From Escherichia coli (lineage in GTDB: Bacteria > Pseudomonadota > Gammaproteobacteria > Enterobacterales > Enterobacteriaceae), in assembly GCF_003334765.1 (NCBI RefSeq), contig NZ_QOWT01000014.1: 64,000 nucleotides of DNA. The stretch is one strand, 5' to 3'. Within the stretch, counting starts at the first letter, position 1; every line of letters begins with the position of its first letter. A model generated the notes under the pieces. It did not search any database. It had not been told where the DNA came from and worked only from the letters and a program-made list of their open reading frames with translations. Made by a program: the position numbers and the translations under genes. Below are positions 44,494 through 54,971 of this stretch, in pieces.

Positions 44494-46317
44494 TTAATCG
44501 TCTTTCGGTGCGCGGTTGGCGCGGCGACGATCGTTTTCCGTCAGGTGACGTTTACGAATACGGATAGAGGTCGGAGTCACTTCTACCAGTTCGTCATCAT
44601 CGATGAACTCCAGAGCTTGTTCCAGAGTCATGCGGATAGGCGGAACCAGAACAACGGCTTCGTCAGTACCGGAAGCACGCATGTTGGTCAGTTTCTTACC
44701 GGTCAGGCAGTTTACAGTCAGGTCGTTAGAGCGGCTATGAATACCGATAATCTGACCTTCGTAAACTTCTGCACCGTGACCGAGGAACAGCTTACCGCGA
44801 TCCTGCAGACCGAACAGCGCGAACGCGACCGCTTTACCCTGACCGTTAGAGATCAGTACGCCGTTCTGACGCTGACCCACTTCACCCGGACGTACGTCGT
44901 CGTAGTGGCTGAAGGTGGAGTACAGCAGACCAGTACCGGAAGTCATGGTCATGAACTCAGAACGGAAGCCAATCAGACCACGGCTTGGGATCACGTAGTC
45001 GAGACGTACGCGGCCTTTACCGTCTGGATTCATGTTTTTCAGGTCGCCTTTACGTTCGCCCAGCGCCTGCATTACAGAACCCTGATGCTGTTCTTCAACG
45101 TCCAGAGTCACGTTTTCATACGGCTCTTGTTTACGACCGTCGATTTCACGGAAGATAACTTTCGGACGGGATACCGCCAGTTCGAAACCTTCACGACGCA
45201 TGTTTTCGATCAGAACAGACAGGTGCAGTTCGCCACGACCAGAAACGCGGAACGCATCGGCGTCTTCGGTTTCTTCTACGCGCAGCGCAACGTTGTGTAC
45301 CAGTTCTTTGTTCAGACGATCCAGGATCTGACGAGACGTTACGAACTTACCTTCTTTACCGCAGAACGGCGAGGTGTTAACGCAGAAGAACATAGAAACG
45401 GTCGGCTCATCAACGGAGAGTGCCGGCAGCGCTTCAACGTTTTGCGTGTCGCAAACGGTGTCAGAAATGTTCAGTTCGCCAAGGCCCGTGATCGCAACGA
45501 TATCGCCAGCTTCCGCCAGATCGGTTTCGATACGTTCCAGACCGAGGTGGCCCAGCACTTTACCGACTTTCGCGTTGCGGGTTTTGCCTTCGCTATCGAT
45601 GATAGTGACCTGCTGGTTCGGCTTCACTTTACCGCGCTTGATGCGGCCAATGCCGATAACGCCAACATAGCTGTTGTAATCGAGCTGAGAAATCTGCATC
45701 TGGAACGGACCGTCAAGGTCAACGTCCGGCGCAGGAACGTGGTCAACAATCGCCTGGTACAGCGGGGTCATGTCTTCCGCCATATCTTCGTGGTCCAGAC
45801 CCGCGATACCGTTCAGCGCAGAAGCGTAAACGATCGGGAAGTCCAGCTGCTCGTCGGTCGCGTCGAGGTTAACGAACAGATCGAATACCTGATCCACAAC
45901 CCAATCAGGACGCGCGCCAGGGCGGTCAACTTTGTTGATAACAACAATCGGCTTCAGGCCGTAAGCAAACGCTTTTTTGGTTACGAAGCGCGTTTGCGGC
46001 ATCGGGCCGTCAAATGCGTCAACCACCAGCAGCACTGAGTCTACCATGGACATTACACGTTCAACTTCACCACCGAAGTCGGCGTGCCCCGGGGTATCAA
46101 CGATGTTGATACGGTAATCATTCCATTTGATAGCGGTGTTTTTCGCGAGGATGGTAATCCCACGCTCTTTCTCCAAATCGTTGGAGTCCATCACGCGCTC
46201 TTGGGTTTCGGCACGAGAGTCGAACGTACCGGATTGTTGGAGCAGCTTGTCTACCAGGGTGGTTTTACCATGGTCTACGTGCGCGATGATGGCGATATTA
46301 CGCAATTTTTCGATCAC
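44494..46317 (-). CDS. typA: Ribosome-associated translational GTPase TypA/BipA
   Basis: 607 aa; G1 motif [21 protein letters not shown]-like domain architecture. Confidence 0.96.
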   Translation of the reverse strand: MIEKLRNIAIIAHVDHGKTTLVDKLLQQSGTFDSRAETQERVMDSNDLEKERGITILAKNTAIKWNDYRINIVDTPGHADFGGEVERVMSMVDSVLLVVDAFDGPMPQTRFVTKKAFAYGLKPIVVINKVDRPGARPDWVVDQVFDLFVNLDATDEQLDFPIVYASALNGIAGLDHEDMAEDMTPLYQAIVDHVPAPDVDLDGPFQMQISQLDYNSYVGVIGIGRIKRGKVKPNQQVTIIDSEGKTRNAKVGKVLGHLGLERIETDLAEAGDIVAITGLGELNISDTVCDTQNVEALPALSVDEPTVSMFFCVNTSPFCGKEGKFVTSRQILDRLNKELVHNVALRVEETEDADAFRVSGRGELHLSVLIENMRREGFELAVSRPKVIFREIDGRKQEPYENVTLDVEEQHQGSVMQALGERKGDLKNMNPDGKGRVRLDYVIPSRGLIGFRSEFMTMTSGTGLLYSTFSHYDDVRPGEVGQRQNGVLISNGQGKAVAFALFGLQDRGKLFLGHGAEVYEGQIIGIHSRSNDLTVNCLTGKKLTNMRASGTDEAVVLVPPIRMTLEQALEFIDDDELVEVTPTSIRIRKRHLTENDRRRANRAPKDD

Positions 46318-46468
46318 AACTTTGCCTCAGGCATTAGAAATAGCGCGTTATTGTACACGGATTAATCGCACTACAAAACAGGATCACAAACATCCTCCGC
46401 AAACAAGTATTGCAGAGTCCCTTTGTGATCGCTTTCACGGAGCATAAAAAGGGTTATCCAAAGGTCAT

Positions 46469-46559
46469 TGCACCAACATGGTGCTTAATGTTTCCATTGA
46501 AGCACTATATTGGTGCAACATTCACATCGTGGTGCAGCCCTTTTGCACGATGGTGCGCA
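46469..46559 (+). promoter_or_regulatory. NtrC enhancer sites upstream of glnAp2
   Basis: TGCACCAacaTGGTGCT (46469-46485), aGCACtAtatTGGTGCA (46501-46517), TTGCACgatGGTGCGCA (46543-46559) match TGCACCA-N3-TGGTGCA; centred about -140 and -108 from the predicted start. Confidence 0.7.
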
Positions 46560-46590
46560 TGATAACGCCTTTTAGGGGCAATTTAAAAGT

Positions 46591-46606
46591 TGGCACAGAT
46601 TTCGCT
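46591..46606 (+). promoter_or_regulatory. Sigma-54 promoter glnAp2
   Basis: TGGCAC-agatt-TCGCT matches the -24 GG / -12 GC sigma-54 consensus. Confidence 0.8.
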
Positions 46607-46689
46607 TTATCTTTTTTACGGCGACACGGCCAAAATAATTGCAGATTTCGTTACCACGACGACCATGACCAATCCAGGAGAGTTAAAGT

Positions 46690-48099
46690 ATGTCCGCTGA
46701 ACACGTACTGACGATGCTGAACGAGCACGAAGTGAAGTTTGTTGATTTGCGCTTCACCGATACTAAAGGTAAAGAACAGCACGTCACTATCCCTGCTCAT
46801 CAGGTGAATGCTGAATTCTTCGAAGAAGGCAAAATGTTTGACGGCTCCTCGATTGGCGGCTGGAAAGGCATTAACGAGTCCGACATGGTGCTGATGCCAG
46901 ACGCATCCACCGCAGTGATTGACCCGTTCTTCGCCGACTCCACCCTGATTATCCGTTGCGACATCCTTGAACCTGGCACCCTGCAAGGCTATGACCGTGA
47001 CCCGCGCTCCATTGCGAAGCGCGCCGAAGATTACCTGCGTTCCACTGGCATTGCCGACACCGTACTGTTCGGGCCAGAACCTGAATTCTTCCTGTTCGAT
47101 GACATCCGTTTCGGATCATCTATCTCCGGTTCCCACGTTGCTATCGACGATATCGAAGGCGCATGGAACTCCTCCACCCAATACGAAGGTGGTAACAAAG
47201 GTCACCGTCCGGCAGTGAAAGGCGGTTACTTCCCGGTTCCACCGGTAGACTCGGCTCAGGATATTCGTTCTGAAATGTGTCTGGTGATGGAACAGATGGG
47301 TCTGGTGGTTGAAGCCCATCACCACGAAGTAGCGACTGCTGGTCAGAACGAAGTGGCTACCCGCTTCAATACCATGACCAAAAAAGCTGACGAAATTCAG
47401 ATCTACAAATATGTTGTGCACAACGTAGCGCACCGCTTCGGTAAAACCGCGACCTTTATGCCAAAACCGATGTTCGGTGATAACGGCTCCGGTATGCACT
47501 GCCACATGTCTCTGTCTAAAAACGGCGTTAACCTGTTCGCAGGCGACAAATACGCAGGTCTGTCTGAGCAGGCGCTGTACTACATTGGCGGCGTAATCAA
47601 ACACGCTAAAGCGATTAACGCCCTGGCAAACCCGACCACCAACTCTTATAAGCGTCTGGTCCCGGGCTATGAAGCACCGGTAATGCTGGCTTACTCTGCG
47701 CGTAACCGTTCTGCGTCTATCCGTATTCCGGTGGTTTCTTCTCCGAAAGCACGTCGTATCGAAGTACGTTTCCCGGATCCGGCAGCTAACCCGTACCTGT
47801 GCTTTGCTGCCCTGCTGATGGCCGGTCTTGATGGTATCAAGAACAAGATCCATCCGGGCGAAGCCATGGACAAAAACCTGTATGACCTGCCGCCAGAAGA
47901 AGCGAAAGAGATCCCACAGGTTGCAGGCTCTCTGGAAGAAGCACTGAACGAACTGGATCTGGACCGCGAGTTCCTGAAAGCCGGTGGCGTGTTCACTGAC
48001 GAAGCAATTGATGCGTACATCGCTCTGCGTCGCGAAGAAGATGACCGCGTGCGTATGACTCCGCATCCGGTAGAGTTTGAGCTGTACTACAGCGTCTAA
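46690..48099 (+). CDS. glnA: Glutamine synthetase (type I)
   Basis: 469 aa [40 protein letters not shown]...; adenylylation-site region NLYDLPPEE. Confidence 0.97.
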
Positions 48100-48167
48100 G
48101 TGTTTTAGTTGCCGTGGAAACTTTTCGCCTGTCTCTGGCAGGCCTGGGATCGGTGGCAAGCACATCA

Positions 48168-48228
48168 CGCCGGATGCGACGCAAATGCGTCTTATCCGGC
48201 CTACACGGTGATGATGTGGTAGGCCGGA
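48168..48228. repeat. REP element in glnA 3' UTR
   Basis: gccggatgcgacgcaaatgcgtcttatccggcctac followed by partial inverted copy gtaggccgg. Confidence 0.85.
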
Positions 48229-48272
48229 GCAGGTGAGTCGCTCTCCAACGTGAAGTTTGTCAGCTATCTGTA

Positions 48273-48296
48273 GCCCATCTCTGCATGGGCTTTTTT
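48273..48296 (+). terminator. Intrinsic terminator of glnA
   Basis: GCCCAT-ctctgc-ATGGGC hairpin followed by TTTTTT. Confidence 0.85.
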
Positions 48297-48342
48297 CTCC
48301 GTCAATTCTCTGATGCTTCGCGCTTTTTATCCGTAAAAAGCT

Positions 48343-48364
48343 ATAATGCACTAAAATGGTGCAA
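48343..48364 (+). promoter_or_regulatory. glnL promoter (-10 TATAAT) overlapped by an NtrC-type site
   Basis: tataat at 48343-48348; TGCACtaaaaTGGTGCA at 48348-48364. Confidence 0.6.
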
Positions 48365-48384
48365 CCTGTTCAGGAGACTGCTTT

Positions 48385-49434
48385 ATGGCAACAGGCACGC
48401 AGCCCGATGCTGGGCAGATCCTCAACTCGCTGATTAACAGTATTTTGTTAATCGATGACAACCTGGCGATCCATTACGCCAACCCTGCCGCGCAACAACT
48501 GCTCGCCCAAAGCTCCCGCAAATTGTTTGGTACACCGTTACCGGAACTGTTGAGCTACTTCTCATTAAATATCGAGCTGATGCAAGAAAGTCTGGAGGCG
48601 GGGCAAGGTTTTACCGATAACGAAGTGACGCTGGTCATCGACGGGCGCTCGCATATCCTTTCTGTGACGGCCCAGCGTATGCCGGACGGCATGATCCTGC
48701 TGGAGATGGCTCCGATGGATAACCAGCGCCGCTTAAGTCAGGAACAGCTACAGCACGCCCAGCAGGTTGCTGCCCGTGATTTAGTGCGCGGCCTGGCACA
48801 TGAGATTAAAAATCCGCTTGGCGGTTTACGTGGCGCGGCGCAGCTGCTCAGCAAAGCGTTACCTGACCCATCACTACTCGAATATACCAAAGTGATTATC
48901 GAACAGGCGGACCGGCTGCGAAATCTGGTCGACCGTCTGTTGGGGCCGCAGCTGCCCGGTACGCGCGTTACCGAAAGTATTCACAAAGTGGCTGAACGCG
49001 TGGTAACGCTGGTGTCGATGGAACTGCCGGACAACGTGCGGTTGATTCGTGATTACGATCCCAGCCTACCGGAACTGGCGCACGACCCGGATCAAATTGA
49101 ACAGGTCTTGCTGAATATTGTGCGCAATGCGCTACAGGCGCTGGGGCCGGAAGGCGGTGAAATCATTCTGCGTACCCGCACCGCGTTTCAACTGACCTTA
49201 CACGGCGAGCGCTACCGGCTGGCGGCGCGGATTGATGTGGAAGATAACGGGCCGGGCATTCCGCCTCATTTGCAGGATACGCTGTTTTACCCGATGGTCA
49301 GCGGCCGCGAAGGTGGCACCGGGCTTGGCTTATCCATCGCTCGTAATTTGATTGATCAGCATTCAGGCAAAATTGAATTTACCAGTTGGCCAGGGCATAC
49401 CGAGTTCTCGGTTTACCTGCCTATCAGGAAATAA
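48385..49434 (+). CDS. glnL: Nitrogen-regulation sensor kinase NtrB
   Basis: 349 aa; PAS-like N-terminus, H-box ([17 protein letters not shown]), HATPase motifs. Confidence 0.95.
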
Positions 49435-49445
49435 AGGTGACGTTT

Positions 49446-50855
49446 ATGCAACGAGGGATAGTCTGGGTAGTCGATGACGATAGTTCCATCCGTTGGGTGC
49501 TTGAACGTGCGCTCGCTGGGGCAGGTTTAACCTGTACGACGTTTGAGAACGGCGCAGAAGTGCTGGAGGCGCTGGCGAGCAAAACGCCGGATGTGCTGCT
49601 TTCAGATATCCGTATGCCGGGAATGGACGGGCTGGCGCTGCTCAAGCAGATTAAACAGCGCCATCCAATGCTTCCGGTCATCATTATGACCGCACATTCC
49701 GATCTGGATGCTGCCGTCAGCGCCTATCAACAAGGGGCGTTTGATTATCTGCCCAAACCGTTTGATATCGACGAAGCAGTGGCGCTGGTTGAGCGCGCTA
49801 TCAGTCATTACCAGGAACAGCAGCAGCCGCGTAATGTTCAGCTTAACGGCCCAACGACCGATATCATCGGCGAAGCGCCAGCCATGCAGGACGTGTTCCG
49901 TATTATCGGTCGGCTTTCGCGTTCTTCTATTAGCGTGCTGATTAACGGCGAATCCGGCACCGGTAAAGAACTGGTCGCTCATGCCCTGCATCGCCACAGT
50001 CCGCGCGCCAAAGCGCCGTTTATCGCGCTGAATATGGCAGCTATCCCAAAAGATTTGATCGAATCAGAACTGTTTGGCCACGAGAAAGGCGCGTTTACTG
50101 GCGCGAATACCATTCGTCAGGGGCGTTTTGAACAGGCCGATGGCGGTACATTATTCCTCGACGAAATTGGTGATATGCCGCTGGATGTGCAGACGCGTTT
50201 GCTGCGCGTGCTGGCAGACGGTCAGTTTTACCGCGTTGGCGGCTATGCGCCGGTGAAAGTGGATGTGCGGATTATCGCTGCCACTCACCAGAATCTCGAA
50301 CAGCGAGTGCAGGAAGGTAAGTTCCGTGAGGATCTGTTCCACCGCCTGAACGTTATCCGCGTTCATCTGCCGCCGCTGCGCGAACGTCGGGAAGATATTC
50401 CCCGTCTGGCGCGCCATTTTTTACAGGTTGCCGCGCGCGAACTGGGCGTAGAAGCGAAGTTACTGCATCCGGAAACCGAAGCTGCTCTGACGCGTCTGGC
50501 GTGGCCAGGCAACGTGCGCCAGCTGGAAAACACCTGCCGCTGGCTAACGGTGATGGCCGCCGGGCAGGAAGTGTTGATTCAGGATTTGCCCGGCGAACTG
50601 TTTGAATCAACGGTTGCGGAGAGTACTTCGCAAATGCAACCGGACAGCTGGGCGACGCTTCTTGCGCAGTGGGCAGACAGAGCGCTGCGTTCCGGTCATC
50701 AAAATCTGCTTTCCGAAGCGCAGCCAGAGCTGGAGCGGACGTTACTGACGACCGCGTTGCGACATACGCAGGGGCATAAACAGGAAGCGGCGCGGCTACT
50801 CGGCTGGGGCCGCAACACCCTGACGCGTAAGTTAAAAGAGCTGGGGATGGAGTGA
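49446..50855 (+). CDS. glnG: Sigma-54-dependent response regulator NtrC
   Basis: Track ORF 49386..50855 over-extended; start at ATG 49446 ([23 protein letters not shown]); receiver domain, AAA+ Walker A (GESGTGKE), GAFTGA motif, C-terminal HTH; 469 aa. Confidence 0.93.
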   Translation: MQRGIVWVVDDDSSIRWVLERALAGAGLTCTTFENGAEVLEALASKTPDVLLSDIRMPGMDGLALLKQIKQRHPMLPVIIMTAHSDLDAAVSAYQQGAFDYLPKPFDIDEAVALVERAISHYQEQQQPRNVQLNGPTTDIIGEAPAMQDVFRIIGRLSRSSISVLINGESGTGKELVAHALHRHSPRAKAPFIALNMAAIPKDLIESELFGHEKGAFTGANTIRQGRFEQADGGTLFLDEIGDMPLDVQTRLLRVLADGQFYRVGGYAPVKVDVRIIAATHQNLEQRVQEGKFREDLFHRLNVIRVHLPPLRERREDIPRLARHFLQVAARELGVEAKLLHPETEAALTRLAWPGNVRQLENTCRWLTVMAAGQEVLIQDLPGELFESTVAESTSQMQPDSWATLLAQWADRALRSGHQNLLSEAQPELERTLLTTALRHTQGHKQEAARLLGWGRNTLTRKLKELGME

Positions 50856-50966
50856 TTCACAGCTTGTGTGTAAAGATTGATTATTGAGCGCAAATTGCTG
50901 GTATTTTACGCTTTACTGTTCCGATAAGTTCAGTATGATCTTGCCCGGAAAACGGGGAGAGTCATT

Positions 50967-51077
50967 ATGCTGGAATCAATAATTAATCTGGTATCGAGTG
51001 GCGCAGTTGACAGCCACACACCGCAAACTGCCGTTGCTGCCGTGCTGTGTGCCGCAATGATTGGGCTGTTTAGCTGA
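50967..51077 (+). CDS. yshB: Small protein YshB (36 aa), below the ORF-track size cutoff
   Basis: ATG preceded by GGGGAGAG Shine-Dalgarno; translation MLESIINLVSSGAVDSHTPQTAVAAVLCAAMIGLFS with hydrophobic C-terminal half. Confidence 0.6.
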   Translation: MLESIINLVSSGAVDSHTPQTAVAAVLCAAMIGLFS

Positions 51078-51090
51078 AGCTCGTTGTTTA

Positions 51091-51194
51091 TGCCGGATGC
51101 GGAGAAAGTCGTAGGCCTGATAAGACGCGACCAGCGCCGCATCAGGCATCATGCTCAGATGCCTGATGCGGCGTAAACGCCTTATCCGGCCTAC
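51091..51194. repeat. BIME (three REP copies)
   Basis: tgccggatgcggagaaagtcgtaggcctgataagacgcgaccagcgccgcatcaggca ... gatgcctgatgcggcgtaaacgccttatccggcctac. Confidence 0.88.
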
Positions 51195-51305
51195 AAAAGC
51201 AATAATTTCAACAGGTTTTGTTGCCCAGCGCATCAGGCAATCTTGTTCTCAGCACATTGATGGCGCTTTCGTTTTCTACTTTGTAAACGAAGCGCCATTC
51301 ACTAT

Positions 51306-52679
51306 TTAAATCACCCGAGAGAACTGCTGCATCCGCGCTTTCTGGCGCAGATAGGTATCAAAGCACATGCAAATGTTGCGGATCAGCAAGCGACCTTTCG
51401 CCGTCACCTGTATTCCCTTCTCATCCACATCCACCAGCCCATCTTTTGCTAACGGGGCGAGCAGCTTGAGATCTTCCGCAAAGTAATCAGCGAAGTGCAA
51501 ATCCCACTGTTTCTCAATAGGGGCGTAATCCAGACGGAAGTTGCAGATGAGCGACTTAATCACATCGCGGCGAATACAGTCATCACGCGTTAGCGCAATA
51601 CCACGCCACAGCGCATTGCCTTGTTCATCCACTTGCTGATAGTACTGCTTCAACTCTTTCTGGTTCTGCGCGTAGCAGTCGCCAATCATGCTGATGGCGG
51701 AAACGCCCATCCCCAGCAGATCGGTATCGCCCTGAGTGGTGTAGCCCTGGAAGTTACGATGCAGCACGCCTTCACGCTGGGCCACCGCCAGCTCGTCATC
51801 CGGACGGGCAAAGTGATCCATACCGATAAACTGATAGCCCGATTGCGTCAGGAAGGCGATGGTTTCCTGCAGGATATCGAGTTTTTGCTGCGGACTCGGC
51901 AGGTCAGCATCTTTGATTTTGCGCTGAGCAGCAAAAATGGTCGGCAGATGCGCGTAGTTAAAGACACTCAGACGATCGGGGTTCAGCTCCGCCACACGTT
52001 TCAGGGTAAAGGCGAAACTCTCCGGCGTCTGTTTCGGCAGGCCGTAAATCAGGTCGATGTTGGTGGAGGTAAAACCAATCTCACGCGCATGGTTAAGCAG
52101 TGCAAAGATGAACTCTTCATCCTGCTCGCGGTTAACCAGACGTTGCACTTCTTTGTTGAAGTCCTGCACGCCCATGCTCAGGCGATTAAAGCCTTCGGCG
52201 CGTAAATGATCGAGTACATCCAGTTCGATTTCCCGCGGATCGACTTCGATCGAAATCTCCGCATCGGCATTGAACTGGAAGTTTTCGCGCAGCAGCTTCA
52301 TCAGGCGGCTGATTTGCGCTTTATTCAGATACGTCGGCGTTCCGCCGCCCCAGTGCAATTGGCTGACGTGACGCCCGGCGAACAGCGGTGCACGATGGAC
52401 GATTTCTTGCTCCAGCGCGTCCAGATACTGATCGGCCTTGTGCTGCTGGCGAGTAACAATCTTATTGCAACCGCAGAAGTAACAAAGCTTATGGCAGAAC
52501 GGGATATGTACGTAGAGAGATAATGGACGCTCAGGATAGCGCGCCACGGCTTGTAAAAACGCCTGTTCGCCGAAGTCTTCTGAAAACTCCAGCGCGGTCG
52601 GGTACGAGGTGTATCGTGGCCCGGAATAGTTATATTTCTGGATCAGGGCCAGATCCCAGTCGATTTGCTGTACAGACAT
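51306..52679 (-). CDS. hemN: Oxygen-independent coproporphyrinogen III oxidase (radical SAM)
   Basis: Start at MSVQQIDWDLALIQKYNYSGPRYTSYPTALEF; radical-SAM CxxxCxxC (CHKLCYFCGC); 457 aa. Confidence 0.93.
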   Translation of the reverse strand: MSVQQIDWDLALIQKYNYSGPRYTSYPTALEFSEDFGEQAFLQAVARYPERPLSLYVHIPFCHKLCYFCGCNKIVTRQQHKADQYLDALEQEIVHRAPLFAGRHVSQLHWGGGTPTYLNKAQISRLMKLLRENFQFNADAEISIEVDPREIELDVLDHLRAEGFNRLSMGVQDFNKEVQRLVNREQDEEFIFALLNHAREIGFTSTNIDLIYGLPKQTPESFAFTLKRVAELNPDRLSVFNYAHLPTIFAAQRKIKDADLPSPQQKLDILQETIAFLTQSGYQFIGMDHFARPDDELAVAQREGVLHRNFQGYTTQGDTDLLGMGVSAISMIGDCYAQNQKELKQYYQQVDEQGNALWRGIALTRDDCIRRDVIKSLICNFRLDYAPIEKQWDLHFADYFAEDLKLLAPLAKDGLVDVDEKGIQVTAKGRLLIRNICMCFDTYLRQKARMQQFSRVI

Positions 52680-52867
52680 GCTCACTCCTTCCGATGGCGT
52701 CTCTGGCGGCTACGGCGTACCGGCGGATGCCCGTTTCGGGTCATCAGCCGGTTGCGCAGCCACTTTTGTCGCCGCGACAACCGCTGTAGTTTAACGAATA
52801 ACCACACCAGATAACATATAACCGGAAGGGTTATCAGCAGAACGGGAAGGCCCACGGCGGCAATCCG

Positions 52868-53377
52868 TTAGTTGCCCCGCAGCAGACGCATCATGTCTTC
52901 TTGCTTCTCGTCTTCTTCCTCTTCTTCGTCATCGTCATAAGAGAGGCCGAGTTTCTGCATCAACTCATCAATACGATCCAGTTTAGCATCCACCCAGGAT
53001 TGCTCTTCGGCACTCAGGGTTTCGCCTGCTTCCAGACGTTCCAGCAGCGCATCCAGACGCTCATCCGTTTCCAGTAATTCCAACTCCGCCTGCGGTGAAA
53101 GCATAGGTTTCTCACTCTTCGGTTTGTGCTGTTTGGTGACTTTTTCAGTCACGCCCAATGGAATAGGGGTTTTACTGCCAATACGTGGATCTTTTGGTGC
53201 GTTCTGGCCTTTGCTGCCTGACGTGGTGTTTCCGCCCGCTGCGCGGCTGCCCGGCGCATGACCACGACGTTTTTTCTGACGCTTGCGATCACGAGCTTCC
53301 TGATCCAGCTCCTCGCGTGTTTTTCGACGCGCTTTTGCATGACCTTTGCTGCGTGAGTTTGAAGATGATGGTTTCAT
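52868..53377 (-). CDS. yihI: Der GTPase-activating protein YihI
   Basis: Track ORF 52868..53440; start at [24 protein letters not shown]...; very basic N-terminal half, polyacidic C-terminal tail ([14 protein letters not shown]); 169 aa. Confidence 0.88.
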   Translation of the reverse strand: MKPSSSNSRSKGHAKARRKTREELDQEARDRKRQKKRRGHAPGSRAAGGNTTSGSKGQNAPKDPRIGSKTPIPLGVTEKVTKQHKPKSEKPMLSPQAELELLETDERLDALLERLEAGETLSAEEQSWVDAKLDRIDELMQKLGLSYDDDEEEEEDEKQEDMMRLLRGN

Positions 53378-53444
53378 AATGGTTCGTCTTTTAGCCGTTT
53401 TATTCAGTATAGATTTGCGGCGGAATCTAACAGAAAGCAAGCAA

Positions 53445-53480
53445 AGAAAAAAGGCGACAGATTACTCTGTCGCCTTTTTT
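53445..53480. terminator. Bidirectional intrinsic terminator (3' end of csrC)
   Basis: A-run, GGCGACAG-attact-CTGTCGCC hairpin, T-run. Confidence 0.8.
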
Positions 53481-53688
53481 CCTGACTCATAACCCTTAAC
53501 GGGTCTTACAATCCTTGCAGGCCGCCAACACACCCTGTTTTTCCTTTAGCCGGAACAATCCGTGTTGATTCCATTTCCGTTTAATTACGTCTCCGGACGT
53601 TTGTCTTCCTGACAATCCTCTGTCTTCGCCTCCTGGCGCTCCTGACCCTCATCCTGAGTCATTGTTCCTGTTAGCGTCCTCGCTCTAT
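53446..53688 (-). ncRNA. csrC: CsrC small RNA (CsrA-sequestering)
   Basis: Minus-strand sequence beginning ATAGAGCGAGGACGCTAACAGGAACAATGACTCAGGATGAGGGTCAGGAGCGCCAGGAGG... carries about 14 GGA motifs, mostly in (C)AGGA context, and ends at the terminator; lies in the yihI-engB gap. Confidence 0.8.
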
Positions 53689-53958
53689 GGGTGCTACTTT
53701 ACGCCTTTGCTTTAAACAAACAATCAACCGCCATCAGTATTTGCACATTTTCAGAGTTTTATATAAAAGCAATTCACTGATTTATATAGCTTATTTGACA
53801 TGCATCGCAGAATTTTCTCTGCTATTTCGCATAAAGACTATCGGCAATGTCTCACAAAGCGTATGGCTTTTACTTACAACGCTCACGCCGAAAAATCCGC
53901 CTTTTATTATGGTTCAGGTATAATCGCCACAAAGCTTTGACTGACGGAGACGACCGCT

Positions 53959-54591
53959 TTGACTAATTTGAATTATCAACAGACGCATTTTGTGATGAGT
54001 GCGCCTGATATTCGCCACCTACCTTCCGATACCGGAATTGAAGTGGCTTTTGCAGGCCGTTCCAACGCAGGTAAATCCAGCGCGCTGAACACGCTGACTA
54101 ACCAGAAAAGCCTGGCTCGTACCTCAAAAACCCCAGGGCGCACCCAGCTTATCAACCTGTTTGAAGTGGCTGACGGCAAGCGTCTGGTTGACTTGCCTGG
54201 GTACGGTTATGCGGAAGTCCCGGAAGAGATGAAGCGCAAATGGCAGCGTGCGCTCGGCGAATACCTCGAAAAACGTCAGAGCCTGCAAGGTCTGGTGGTG
54301 CTAATGGATATTCGCCATCCGCTGAAAGATTTGGATCAGCAGATGATTGAGTGGGCGGTAGACAGCAATATCGCCGTTCTGGTGCTGCTGACCAAAGCGG
54401 ACAAACTGGCAAGCGGCGCACGTAAAGCGCAATTGAATATGGTGCGTGAAGCTGTACTGGCGTTTAACGGTGATGTGCAGGTTGAAACGTTTTCTTCGTT
54501 GAAGAAACAAGGCGTGGACAAGCTGCGGCAGAAACTGGATACCTGGTTTAGCGAGATGCAGCCTGTAGAAGAAACGCAGGACGGCGAATAA
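53959..54591 (+). CDS. engB: Ribosome-biogenesis GTPase EngB (YihA)
   Basis: 210 aa with TTG start; G1 motif GRSNAGKSS. Confidence 0.9.
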
Positions 54592-54610
54592 TTTTCTTGC
54601 CTTAATGCTT

Positions 54611-54693
54611 GTGCCGGATGTGGCGTATCCGGCCCGTAAATTCAATAGATTACAATTCTACCGTTGGCCTGATAAACATAGCGCATCAGGCAT
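54611..54693. repeat. REP elements
   Basis: gccggatgtggcgtatccggc and ggcctgataaacatagcgcatcaggca between engB and spf. Confidence 0.8.
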
Positions 54694-54716
54694 TACGGAT
54701 CTTTTCTTTCGCCCAA

Positions 54717-54825
54717 TAAAAAACGCCCCAGTCATTACTGACTGGGGCGGCTAAAATATTCAGCCAAATCCGATTACGTGAAGTAAAAGGTCTGAAAGAT
54801 AGAACATCTTACCTCTGTACCCTAC
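54717..54825 (-). ncRNA. spf: Spot 42 small RNA
   Basis: Minus strand reads GTAGGGTACAGAGGTAAGATGTTCTATCTTTCAGACCTTTTACTTCACGTAATCGGATTTGGCTGAATATTTTAGCCGCCCCAGTCAGTAATGACTGGGGCGTTTTTTATT, ending in a terminator hairpin plus T-run. Confidence 0.9.
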
Positions 54826-54971
54826 GCGACTAACTTTACTCTTTTTTGTTCAGTTCAGAAAGCACTTTTTGTAATTTTTTTTCAGTTGTTGCATAGGAAT
54901 TTCTAATAGCCATCACAAAACGTGACAGCTTATGTTGCTTACTTACGAAAAAAGGCATGTTCAGGCGAATC

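Noticed and set aside
44545-46038. 497-aa plus-strand ORF antisense to typA
   Set aside because: Same reasoning: antisense shadow ORF within a conserved GTPase gene, low-complexity translation, no initiation signal.
47116-48351. 411-aa minus-strand ORF antisense to glnA
   Set aside because: Lies entirely antisense to a highly conserved, correctly framed gene; no Shine-Dalgarno; its length is the expected artifact of stop-codon-poor antisense frames in GC-rich coding DNA.
52523-52789. 88-aa plus-strand ORF spanning the hemN start and the hemN-yihI gap
   Set aside because: Overlaps the hemN 5' end on the opposite strand, has no Shine-Dalgarno and a low-complexity Arg/Pro/Ser-rich translation.
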